A stretch of 24,726 nt of DNA from Planctomycetota bacterium (GCA_038060895.1 JBBTCT010000047.1:1-24726); one strand, 5' to 3'; counted from the stretch's first letter, positions 16,967-24,717 are shown. A program made the numbers and translations. The notes: generated from the letters alone by a model not told the origin.

Positions 16967-18184
16967 TCAATCCTCAACACTCCGCAGTTCCTGCTCCGGC
17001 CGCGCCCCTGCAGCCGCGCTCTCGTTCGTGAACCGGTGCCATTTGGCATGCTCGCGGCCGCTGGAAACATAAACGCGGCGCACCCGCTTCCCAAGGCCGC
17101 AGGTGATCTCGAGCGGAATCGTCTGCGCGAGCTGGGCGAGGTGCATGACCTTGATTTCGCGCTCGCCTTGCTTTCCGATGAGCACGACCTCGTCGCCAAC
17201 GTGCACGCCGGGAATGTGCCCGACGTCCACCGTCAGGTAGTCCATCGTCACGGTCCCGATCACGGGCGCCAGCTCGCCGCGCACCAGCACCGCGCTCCGG
17301 TTCGAAAGCGCGTACGGATACCCGTCGTTGTACCCCACCGGCAGCGTCGCGATCTGCGTCTTGCGCCGCGTCAGGTGCGTCCGGTTGTAGCCGATCGTCG
17401 CTCCCGCGCGGACGCCTTTCAGGAACGCGACCTGCGTCCGAAGCGACAGCACGGGCCGCACCAGCACGTCGTGCACGCGGAACATCCCGGGGTCGATCCC
17501 GTAGACGGCGATCCCCGGCCGGATCATGTTGCCCGGCACCGGCGACACCCCGATCGCGCCGCTGTTGGCCAGGTGACGCAGCGGCGGCCGGATGCCGGCG
17601 TGTTCGAGAAGCGCCGCGACCGTGTTGAAGCGCTCAATCTGCTCGCGCGTGGCCTCGATCGAATGCTCGTCCATCCCGTAGGAGGACGAAAAGTGCGTCG
17701 AGAGCCCTTCGAGTTCCAGGTTCGGGTCCGACACGATCCGCTGCGCGATTTCCAGAGCGCGCGCCGTGGAGGCCCCGAGGCGCCCCATCCCGGTGTCGAG
17801 CTTCAGGTGGACCTTCTGCCGCTTCCCCTGTCGCCGCGCTTCTTCGGCGATTCGCGGCACCATCCCCGCGGAGTGAATCGTCGGCGTAATGTCGTACGAC
17901 ACCACCCACCCGATTTCCTCTTCGATCACCGCCCCGAGGACCAGGATCGGCGCAAGAATCCCGGCCTCGCGCAACTCCAGCGCCTCGGTCGAATCGCCGA
18001 CGCCGATCATCGACGCCCCGGCTTCGATCGCCACGCGCGCGCAAGGCGCCGCGCCGTGCCCGTAAGCATCGGCCTTCACTACCGACAAGAGCGCCACATC
18101 CGGCCCCGCATGGGCCCGGACAACACGGACGTTCTCGGCGAGGGCGTCGAGGTCGATCTCTGCCCAGACGCGGTGTTTCTTCAT
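16967..18184 (-). CDS. alr: Alanine racemase
   Basis: AEIDLDAL, VVKADAYGHG (PLP Lys), LKLDTGMGRLG, RPGIAVYG, IGYN (catalytic Tyr), GYNDGY and MD. Confidence 0.96.
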   Translation of the reverse strand: MKKHRVWAEIDLDALAENVRVVRAHAGPDVALLSVVKADAYGHGAAPCARVAIEAGASMIGVGDSTEALELREAGILAPILVLGAVIEEEIGWVVSYDITPTIHSAGMVPRIAEEARRQGKRQKVHLKLDTGMGRLGASTARALEIAQRIVSDPNLELEGLSTHFSSSYGMDEHSIEATREQIERFNTVAALLEHAGIRPPLRHLANSGAIGVSPVPGNMIRPGIAVYGIDPGMFRVHDVLVRPVLSLRTQVAFLKGVRAGATIGYNRTHLTRRKTQIATLPVGYNDGYPYALSNRSAVLVRGELAPVIGTVTMDYLTVDVGHIPGVHVGDEVVLIGKQGEREIKVMHLAQLAQTIPLEITCGLGKRVRRVYVSSGREHAKWHRFTNESAAAGARPEQELRSVED

Positions 18185-18302
18185 GAAGAGGCGGAGGCTC
18201 GGAGGAGTGGGCAGGCGGGGCGCAATTCGGGCTTAGAAATGATCGGCGCGATGGAGGGGACGGCTTGAGATGCACCGTGAAGACTGCTGCCGGCGGAACG
18301 CG

Positions 18303-19121
18303 CTACTTCACCGCGTAACCCACCCGGATTTCAAACGCTGACCCCTCCCCGGCGATCTTCCCCACCACCTCGCCCTTCTCGTCCTTCACTTTCCCCTCCA
18401 GCGACTTCGCTTCGCCCGTCATCGCCAGCGAAACCGGATGCCCTGACGACAGATCCCACAGCAGCTCCCCCTTCACGTCGAACTGCACGCGGAAATCCTG
18501 CCGGCTGTCCACTCCGATGGATCCTGTCAGCGCCAGAGTGGCCACTCGGGCGCCATCGCCTTCGGCGACGGAGGCCAGGGTGATCTTGATTTCGGAAGTA
18601 TCGCCGGGTTCTTCCCGGGCGCCGCGGACCAGGACGCGGGCGAGGGCGGCGGCCGGGATTTTCCAGGAGTCGCCTGCCGATTTCGGGGACGTCGGGAGAA
18701 GTGCGCGCCACGGGGCGGCCTCGCGGGCGGCGGATTTCACGGCTTCCGGGGCATCGGCAGGCGTGGCATCGCGGCCGCGAATTTCCACGGACTGGCCCTC
18801 GAGCGCGGTCGGGGTGGAAGCGGCGTCGGGAGCGCCCTCGCGCGTGCGCGAGAGCGGCCAGGACATCCGGAAGGCGGCGGGCGTGTCCCGGGTGGCTTCG
18901 AGGATGGTCGTCTCCCGGCGTTCTTCGCGAAACACGGCGGACGTCCTGTCGTGGGCGGCGCCGTCCACGCCGTCCTCGACTTCGGTGACCTTGAGGCGCA
19001 GAGTCAATTTGGCGGAGGTGACCTCGGTCCACACGTCGCCGTCCTCGAAGCGCGGCGTGAACGTCTCCTGGGCGAGGGCGCCGGAAACGAGGATGAACGT
19101 CAGGGCGAAGGGGCGAAGCAT
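18303..19121 (-). CDS. Hypothetical secreted beta-rich protein
   Basis: Signal peptide MLRPFALTFILVSGALA|Q. LLP...GDSW motif. Start moved to ATG 19121. Confidence 0.7.
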   Translation of the reverse strand: MLRPFALTFILVSGALAQETFTPRFEDGDVWTEVTSAKLTLRLKVTEVEDGVDGAAHDRTSAVFREERRETTILEATRDTPAAFRMSWPLSRTREGAPDAASTPTALEGQSVEIRGRDATPADAPEAVKSAAREAAPWRALLPTSPKSAGDSWKIPAAALARVLVRGAREEPGDTSEIKITLASVAEGDGARVATLALTGSIGVDSRQDFRVQFDVKGELLWDLSSGHPVSLAMTGEAKSLEGKVKDEKGEVVGKIAGEGSAFEIRVGYAVK

Positions 19122-19167
19122 GGGCGCGAGTGTGACGGCTCCGGAAGCCCGGGTCAAGGCGAGGGGT

Positions 19168-19437
19168 CTACTTCGACCCGATTCCGTTCACGACTTCGCG
19201 CGGGTCAACGATTTCGGTGACCTGCAGGCCGAAATTTTCGCCGATCCGCACCGCTTTACCGCTCGCGACGCGTTTTTCGCCGAGGTAGAGATCGAGCGCG
19301 GCCGCGACGGGCTTTTCGAACTCGATGACGATGCCCGGGCCGAGGCCGAGGACCTGGCCCAGGGTCATGGAGCGCTCGGCGAGGACGACCGCGAGCGGGA
19401 CGTGCATGGCGAGGACTTCTTCAATCGCGCGCTTCAT
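19168..19437 (-). CDS. fliN: FliN/SpoA-domain flagellar switch-type protein
   Basis: VPLAVVLAERSMTLGQVLGLGPGIVIEF...GKAVRIGENFGLQVTEI. ATGA overlap with fliM. Confidence 0.8.
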   Translation of the reverse strand: MKRAIEEVLAMHVPLAVVLAERSMTLGQVLGLGPGIVIEFEKPVAAALDLYLGEKRVASGKAVRIGENFGLQVTEIVDPREVVNGIGSK

Positions 19438-20396
19438 CGCCGCTTCGCTCCTTCCGTGACTTCAAGCGCCCACCGGTTGCGCCAAGTGACGGCCTTGCCC
19501 GCGAACTTAGGCTTCCCTTCGATGAGCAGCGTCACCGGCTCGCTCGCCGGGTGCGATGTTTCAATCACGTCGCCCGCTTCGATGTCGAGCAACTCCCGGA
19601 GCGTGATCGTCGTTTCCGCGAGCACCGCCGACACCTTGACCGATGCCTGGGCAAGCGGCCCCTTGACCTGCGGCGGCGCCGCGCTTGCAGCGGTCTGCGC
19701 GGGATACCAGGAATGCGCTTCCACGTCGGCGACCAGCGGCTCGATCGTGACGTAGGGGATGCAGAGGTTCATGCGGCCCTGGGCGTCGGCGACGCGAACG
19801 GAAAAGCCGGCGACGACGACGAGTTCGTTGGGGGGCATGGCCTGGATGAGAAGCGGGTTGGACTCGCTGGAGACGGGCTTGAGCTCGAGCTTCTTGACGA
19901 TGGCCCACATGGCGGCGACGTCCTCGAGGGCGCGGCGCGTGATCGTTCCCGCGAGGGTCCACTCGATGGCCGTGAGCGGCCGTGCGGGCGGGTCGCTCGC
20001 GCCCCGGCCGCCGCCGAGCAGTCGGTCCATGACGGGGAACATCATGTCGGGGCCGAATTCGATCATCATGGAGCCGGTGAGGGGCTCGCACGCGAAAAGC
20101 GTGAAGCACGTCGGGTTCGGGAGGCCCGCGACGAATTCCTGGTAGGTCATCTGCGCCATCGACTCGAGGCGGACTTCGGTCAGGGTGCGCAGCATGCCGG
20201 AGAGCGAAGCGCCGAAGGAGCGCGCGAAGACTTCGTGAAGGTTGGCCAGCGCGCGGATCTGTTCCTTGGAGACGCGCTCGGGACGCTTGAAATCGTAGGG
20301 AAGCGACGCCGCGGTGGAGCCGGCGGACGCGAGCTGGCCGGCCTCCACGACCTTGAGGAGGGTCTCGATTTCCGCCGGATTCAGGATGTCGCTCAA
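19434..20396 (-). CDS. fliM: Flagellar motor switch protein FliM
   Basis: SDILNPAEIETLL (CheY-binding peptide), YDFKRPERVSKEQ, DRLLGG, RPLTAIE, CIPY and a C-terminal SpoA domain. Likely TTG start at 20396 with AAGGA RBS. Confidence 0.92.
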   Translation of the reverse strand: MSDILNPAEIETLLKVVEAGQLASAGSTAASLPYDFKRPERVSKEQIRALANLHEVFARSFGASLSGMLRTLTEVRLESMAQMTYQEFVAGLPNPTCFTLFACEPLTGSMMIEFGPDMMFPVMDRLLGGGRGASDPPARPLTAIEWTLAGTITRRALEDVAAMWAIVKKLELKPVSSESNPLLIQAMPPNELVVVAGFSVRVADAQGRMNLCIPYVTIEPLVADVEAHSWYPAQTAASAAPPQVKGPLAQASVKVSAVLAETTITLRELLDIEAGDVIETSHPASEPVTLLIEGKPKFAGKAVTWRNRWALEVTEGAKRR

Positions 20397-20445
20397 GCCA
20401 TTCCTTTCCTTGCCCTTGCCCACCGATCTATGAATCCGAGTCCGT

Positions 20446-20769
20446 CTAGTTCTTCGGCTTCCTCATGTCGATCACCCACTCCTCCGGCCCCAGCTTCCGA
20501 AACTGCGCCCTCACCATCCGTTCAACGTAAGCCGCATCATCTGTCAGCGCCCGCTTCTCGCCTTCCATCCCGAGATTGGCGTCCTTCTGTTGCGCGATTT
20601 CCGCGTCCAGAAGAGCGACCCTCTCGTGAAGTTTCGAGTTTTTCTTCCACGCAGCGACCGAAGTCGTCGCGAGGAACCCGGAGAGTCCGAGGACCACGAG
20701 GGCCCAGAACCCCCAGGAACCGAGGTCGAGCAGTTTCTTCGGGTCGGCCGATGACCGGACGGTGGCCAT
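20446..20769 (-). CDS. FtsB/DivIC-family septum formation initiator-like protein
   Basis: Single TM, coiled coil, and LTDDAAYVERMVRAQFRKLGPEEWV matching the DivIC pattern. Start ATG 20769. Confidence 0.75.
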   Translation of the reverse strand: MATVRSSADPKKLLDLGSWGFWALVVLGLSGFLATTSVAAWKKNSKLHERVALLDAEIAQQKDANLGMEGEKRALTDDAAYVERMVRAQFRKLGPEEWVIDMRKPKN

Positions 20770-20851
20770 TCTCGCACTTTCCTCGGTGTTGAGACACTGG
20801 TGACGGAAGTAGTGATGGCAGCCGTCTGGGTCCGGCAATTCGTGAAACGGT

Positions 20852-20944
20852 GGCAGTCTGTAGGGGGTCGTTGGTAGGGGGTAGGAAAGGCCGCCCAAAC
20901 CGGGGCCGTTCCTACCTCCTACCAACTACCTCCTACTCACTGCC
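20852..20944. repeat. Heptamer-periodic inverted repeat with 41-nt arms, between divergent ftsB-like and psd genes
   Basis: 20852-20892 against the reverse complement of 20904-20944 gives 35/41 matches, plus 2 G-U pairs on the + strand. Confidence 0.88.
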
Positions 20945-21115
20945 TTCCGTTTGCGAACAAACAGTCTCCAACCAACCGCCTCACGACCCGCGGGGACAAC
21001 ATCCGTTGCCGCCGCCGCCCGCCGCCCTTAACTTCCTGTGGTCCACCGCCTGCCCCATACCCGTCACCGGATACGGAGCAGGCGGCTATCCCCGTCTATC
21101 GGCTCGGAGGTGCCC

Positions 21116-21763
21116 TTGCCTTTTGCCCGACATGGCCTGCGCGAGATGTTTCTGGCCTTCCTCGTCTCCGCAGCCCTGGGTGCCGGCGTCTGGTTCCTCT
21201 ACCCCCCTGCGTCACCCGCCCCGTTCCTCCTCTTCCTTTTCGTCCTCTCCTTCTTCCGCGACTTCAACCGCCCCGTCCCCGCGGACCCCGACGCCTTCGT
21301 CTCCCCCGCCGACGGCCGCGTCACCGAAATTACCGACGTCACCGAAGACTCGTACATCGGCGGCCCCGCCGTCCGCATCGGCATCTTCCTCTCCGTCTTC
21401 AACTGCCACGTCAACCGCATGCCCTGGCCCGGCACCGTCGAGTACATCAAGTACTTCCCAGGCCTCTTCCTCGACGCACGCCACCCCGACTCCGGCCCCA
21501 AAAACGAGTCCAACGCTCTCGGGTTGCGCGATCCCGACCGAAATGTGAAGATGCTCGTCCGCCAGGTCGCCGGCCTCATCGCCCGCCGCATCATCTGCAC
21601 CGCGAAAACGGGCGACACACTTGTGAAGGGCCAGCGGATCGGCATGATCAAGTTCGGCTCTCGCACCGAGCTCTACATCCCCAAAGACCGCGTCGGCTCG
21701 ATCGCCGTGAAAGTCGGGGACACCGTTTACGGCGCCAAAACGATTCTCGGGAGACTGAAATAG
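21116..21763 (+). CDS. psd: Phosphatidylserine decarboxylase proenzyme, short type
   Basis: FFRD, SPADG, IFLSVFNCHVNRMP, QVAGLIARRI and IKFGSR (self-cleavage site). Probable TTG start at 21116 after GGAGG. Confidence 0.93.
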   Translation: MPFARHGLREMFLAFLVSAALGAGVWFLYPPASPAPFLLFLFVLSFFRDFNRPVPADPDAFVSPADGRVTEITDVTEDSYIGGPAVRIGIFLSVFNCHVNRMPWPGTVEYIKYFPGLFLDARHPDSGPKNESNALGLRDPDRNVKMLVRQVAGLIARRIICTAKTGDTLVKGQRIGMIKFGSRTELYIPKDRVGSIAVKVGDTVYGAKTILGRLK

Positions 21764-22615
21764 ATGAAGGGCACGCGACGCTTCAAGGTCAAGCGCCTCA
21801 AGCACATCGCCCTCCTGCCGACGCTCGTCACCCTCGGCAACATCATCTGCGGCTTCGCTGCGGTCGTCTTCGCGGCGCGGTCGATGGTCGAGGGAACGAT
21901 CGGCCACGCGAAGACGGCCTCCGACCTTTTCCAGGTCGCCAGCTGGATGGTCATCGTTGCGATGGTCTTCGACGCGCTGGACGGCCGCGTGGCGCGGATG
22001 ACAGGAAGCGCCTCGAAGTTCGGCGCGGAGCTCGACTCGCTGTGCGACGTCGTGTCGTTCGGGCTGGCGCCCGCGTTCCTGGCCTACGTGACGATCGACC
22101 AGTGCGGCGGGATCGTGCCGAGAAAGATCGCCGTGACGATCTGCGCGGTCTACGCGGCCTGCGCGGCCCTTCGCCTCGCCAAGTTCAACGTCGAAACGAC
22201 GGTTGACGAGGAAGCGCACATGTCGTTCCGCGGGCTGCCCTCGCCGGCGGCCGGGGGCGTGGTGGTGTCGCTGGCGCTCCTGCGCGACCATCTCGGCGGG
22301 ACGCGCACGGCCGACTGGGTCGTGCTCGCTCTTCCGTTCGCGGTGCTGGCTTCCGCGATCATGATGATCTCGAACGTCCGCTACATGCATGCGGTCAACA
22401 AGCTGCTGCGCGGGCATCATCGCTTCACCCGCATGGCCGAGGTTGTGCTCGTCGCGCTGATGGCGGCGATGGAGCCTGTCGTCACGCTCGCGCTCGTGTT
22501 CTGCGGCTACGCGGTGAGCGGCCCGGTGATGTGGTTCTTCCGGAAGCCGCAGCCGGCCGTGGTTCCGCCTGTTTCCGCGGTGCAGGAAAAGAAACCGACG
22601 GCGTCTCCTGAGTAA
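21764..22615 (+). CDS. pssA: CDP-diacylglycerol--serine O-phosphatidyltransferase
   Basis: LPTLVTLGN, DALDGRVAR...FGAELDSLCDVVSFG, RLAKFN and FRGLPSP. Directly follows psd. Confidence 0.93.
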   Translation: MKGTRRFKVKRLKHIALLPTLVTLGNIICGFAAVVFAARSMVEGTIGHAKTASDLFQVASWMVIVAMVFDALDGRVARMTGSASKFGAELDSLCDVVSFGLAPAFLAYVTIDQCGGIVPRKIAVTICAVYAACAALRLAKFNVETTVDEEAHMSFRGLPSPAAGGVVVSLALLRDHLGGTRTADWVVLALPFAVLASAIMMISNVRYMHAVNKLLRGHHRFTRMAEVVLVALMAAMEPVVTLALVFCGYAVSGPVMWFFRKPQPAVVPPVSAVQEKKPTASPE

Positions 22616-23081
22616 ACGGGCGACAAAGACTGTTGCGGCCGTCGGCCTCGGCTCGAATCTGGGCGACCGCGCCGCGCTCCTCCGGAAGGCCCTCGCCTCC
22701 CTCGCCCTCCTCCCCGGGACGCGCGTCGTCGTCCGCTCCGCATTCCTCGAGACCGATCCCGTCGGACCGCCGCAGCCGCGCTTCCTTAATGGCGCTGCGA
22801 TCCTCGAGACGACGCTTTCGCCGGAAGCGCTGCTGGGCTCGTTTCTCGGAATCGAATCGGCTCTCGGCCGGATGCGGAACGGCGCGGACGGCCCGCGAGT
22901 GATCGATCTCGACCTGCTCACGTACGGGAACAAGCGCTGCGCCACCGCTTTTCTTACGCTTCCTCACCCGAAAATCCACCTCCGCGAATTCGTGCTGGAG
23001 CCGCTCGCGATGATCGCTCCCAAGCTGGTGATCCCGGGCCGCGGTCGGGTAAGCGATTTGCTTGCCAAAATCCGCCGCTAG
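22608..23081 (+). CDS. folK: 2-amino-4-hydroxy-6-hydroxymethyldihydropteridine diphosphokinase
   Basis: The frame of ORF 22872-23081 extends upstream: VGLGSNLGDR, ETDPVG..QPRFLN, E..LGR, GPRVIDLDLL, LPHP and REFVLEPL. No ATG/GTG/TTG is available, so CTG 22608 is inferred. Confidence 0.92.
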   Translation: MSKRATKTVAAVGLGSNLGDRAALLRKALASLALLPGTRVVVRSAFLETDPVGPPQPRFLNGAAILETTLSPEALLGSFLGIESALGRMRNGADGPRVIDLDLLTYGNKRCATAFLTLPHPKIHLREFVLEPLAMIAPKLVIPGRGRVSDLLAKIRR

Positions 23082-23131
23082 AGCGATTTTGAACTCTCTG
23101 GGGACTCCGGGGGGGAGAGGGGCCGCGCCGA

Positions 23132-23980
23132 ATGCCGAAGGTCGTTCACACTGTCGCCGAGTTGCACAAGATCCTGCAGCCGCTTCGGCGCAAAGGCGAG
23201 CTGGTCGGCTTCGTTCCCACAATGGGGGCGCTTCACGCCGGGCACGTCTCGCTCATGAAGCTCTCGCGCGCCGGCGGCAACGCGCTCACCGTCGTCTCGG
23301 TCTTCGTCAACCCGCTTCAGTTCGCCCCGGGCGAGGACTATGACGAGTACCCGCGGGATCTCGGCGGCGACGTCAAGGTCGCGCGCGACGCGGGCGTCGA
23401 GGTCGTCTTCGCCCCCAGCGTCGCGGAGATGTACCCGCGAGGTTTCGTCACCTGGACCGACCAGGACAAGATCACGGAGAAGCTGTGCGGCGAGCACCGG
23501 CCCGGCCATTTCAGGGGCGTTCTCACGGTCGTCCTCAAGCTGCTCAATATCGTCCGCCCCGACAACGCCTACTTCGGCCAGAAGGATTACCAGCAGTCGG
23601 TCGTGATCCAGCGCATGGTCACGGATCTCAATCTGGAGTCGAAGATCCACGTCTGCCCGATCGTGCGCGAAGCGGACGGGCTGGCGTTGTCCTCCCGCAA
23701 CGTTTACCTGGGGCCGAAGCACCGGACGGAAGCGCTGGTCCTGCACCAGGCGCTGGTGAGGGCTCACGAGCTGGCGACTGGCGGGGAGAGGAACGTGAAG
23801 AAGCTGTATGGAGAGGTGAAGAGGATCATCGGGCAGTCGAAGAGTGCGAAGATCGATTACATCGCGATCGTGCACCCGGAGACGCTGGAGGACGTGAACG
23901 ACGTGAGCGGGAGGACGTTGATTGCGGTGGCGGTGAGGTTTGGGAAGACGAGGTTGATTGACAATGTGTTGGTGGAGTGA
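23132..23980 (+). CDS. panC: Pantoate--beta-alanine ligase
   Basis: FVPTMGALHAGH, SVFVNPLQF, RPGHF, YFGQKDYQQ, READGLALSSRN and RLIDN. Confidence 0.97.
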   Translation: MPKVVHTVAELHKILQPLRRKGELVGFVPTMGALHAGHVSLMKLSRAGGNALTVVSVFVNPLQFAPGEDYDEYPRDLGGDVKVARDAGVEVVFAPSVAEMYPRGFVTWTDQDKITEKLCGEHRPGHFRGVLTVVLKLLNIVRPDNAYFGQKDYQQSVVIQRMVTDLNLESKIHVCPIVREADGLALSSRNVYLGPKHRTEALVLHQALVRAHELATGGERNVKKLYGEVKRIIGQSKSAKIDYIAIVHPETLEDVNDVSGRTLIAVAVRFGKTRLIDNVLVE

Positions 23981-24059
23981 AAAACGGCAGGGGATGGGGT
24001 GGGGGCGGGATCGGGATTGGGGGGGGCTGGGGATTGGGATGGGGATAGGGCGATGGGCG
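23981..24059. repeat. Left G-rich arm of the inverted repeat enclosing the four-helix-bundle gene (GGGATK units)
   Basis: 23981-24001 is the perfect 21-nt reverse complement of 24697-24717. Similarity continues for about 65 nt. Confidence 0.9.
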
Positions 24060-24083
24060 TAGCCATGGCGCGGTGTGATGTTC

Positions 24084-24485
24084 TCATGCGCGCTGCCCGC
24101 TTGCTTCGCCCGGGCGACGCTCAAAGATTTCCGGCCCGCAGTGCCTGATGAGCCCCATCATCATGGGAATCAATTTGAGAAGAAGGCTGCGAACCGGACC
24201 CGTGAGATCCAGGGAAGCGAGCTGCAGCTTCTCCACGAGGACGATAGCGGCTCCCGTCTCGACTGCCGAGCGCTTGGCATACCTGTAGAACTTCTCCTTT
24301 TCCGGCCGCAGCCACTCGCCCGCCCCCTCGGCGATGTTCAGGACGACGGAACTCACCGCTCGCCTGATCTGGTCGGCGAGATAGGCCCGACCGCGCGGAA
24401 GAGCCTGCGCGACGGCGTCCGCCTGAACCGCGGCATCGAGAGCAAGCTGGAAAACGTCCAGGTTCTCGAGCTCGAATTTACTCAT
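24084..24485 (-). CDS. Four-helix-bundle protein (23S rRNA IVS protein / Avd-like family)
   Basis: FELENLDVFQLA, LP....LADQIRRAVSSVVLNIAEGAG and FYRYAKRSAVET. GGAGG RBS 7 nt before the ATG. Confidence 0.9.
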   Translation of the reverse strand: MSKFELENLDVFQLALDAAVQADAVAQALPRGRAYLADQIRRAVSSVVLNIAEGAGEWLRPEKEKFYRYAKRSAVETGAAIVLVEKLQLASLDLTGPVRSLLLKLIPMMMGLIRHCGPEIFERRPGEASGQRA

Positions 24486-24492
24486 GGCCTAT

Positions 24493-24578
24493 CCTCCGTT
24501 GTTTGTTGTAGACATTCCAATATTATATGATCAACAGCAGTTGTCAAGATATAAAGTACAAGTAATATGAAATATTCA
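24493..24578 (-). promoter_or_regulatory. AT-rich island with a near-consensus sigma70 promoter and RBS for the four-helix-bundle gene
   Basis: TTGACA (24547-24542). Overlapping TATAAT (14-nt spacer) and TAATAT (16-nt spacer). AT-rich upstream tract. CAAC-N4-GTTG in the spacer. Confidence 0.7.
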
Positions 24579-24599
24579 GCGCCCTGTGCTCGTGATCCT

Positions 24600-24717
24600 C
24601 CCCATCCCGCCTCAACCCCATCCCCTGCCGCTTTCGCCCCATCCCCATCCCAATCCCCATCCCAATCCCCCTCCCCCCCAATCCCCATCCCGCCGTCACC
24701 CCATCCCCTGCCGTTTT
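24600..24717. repeat. Right C-rich arm of the inverted repeat, with an internal duplication of the terminal motif
   Basis: accccatcccctgccg occurs twice (about 24615-24630 and 24698-24713), with cccaat/ccccat units between. Confidence 0.9.

Noticed and set aside
24084-24485. Diversity-generating retroelement (Avd-like gene plus FGE/CLec-fold domain at 2811-3440)
   Set aside because: No reverse transcriptase, and no template/variable repeat pair differing at adenines was seen. The two genes are 20 kb apart. Sequence beyond the right edge is unseen.
24084-24485. True 23S rRNA intervening sequence
   Set aside because: Flanks are panC and simple repeats, with no rRNA sequence.
24482-24688. 68-aa ORF with GDWDGD repeats, and N-terminal extensions of tsaB, gpmA, ftsB-like and the 5772-6683 ORF
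   Set aside because: These are translations of intergenic repeats or promoter DNA. Better starts with RBS or -10 support lie downstream.
23981-24717. Classical IS element
   Set aside because: It has terminal inverted repeats but no DDE, HUH or recombinase ORF, and no convincing target-site duplication.
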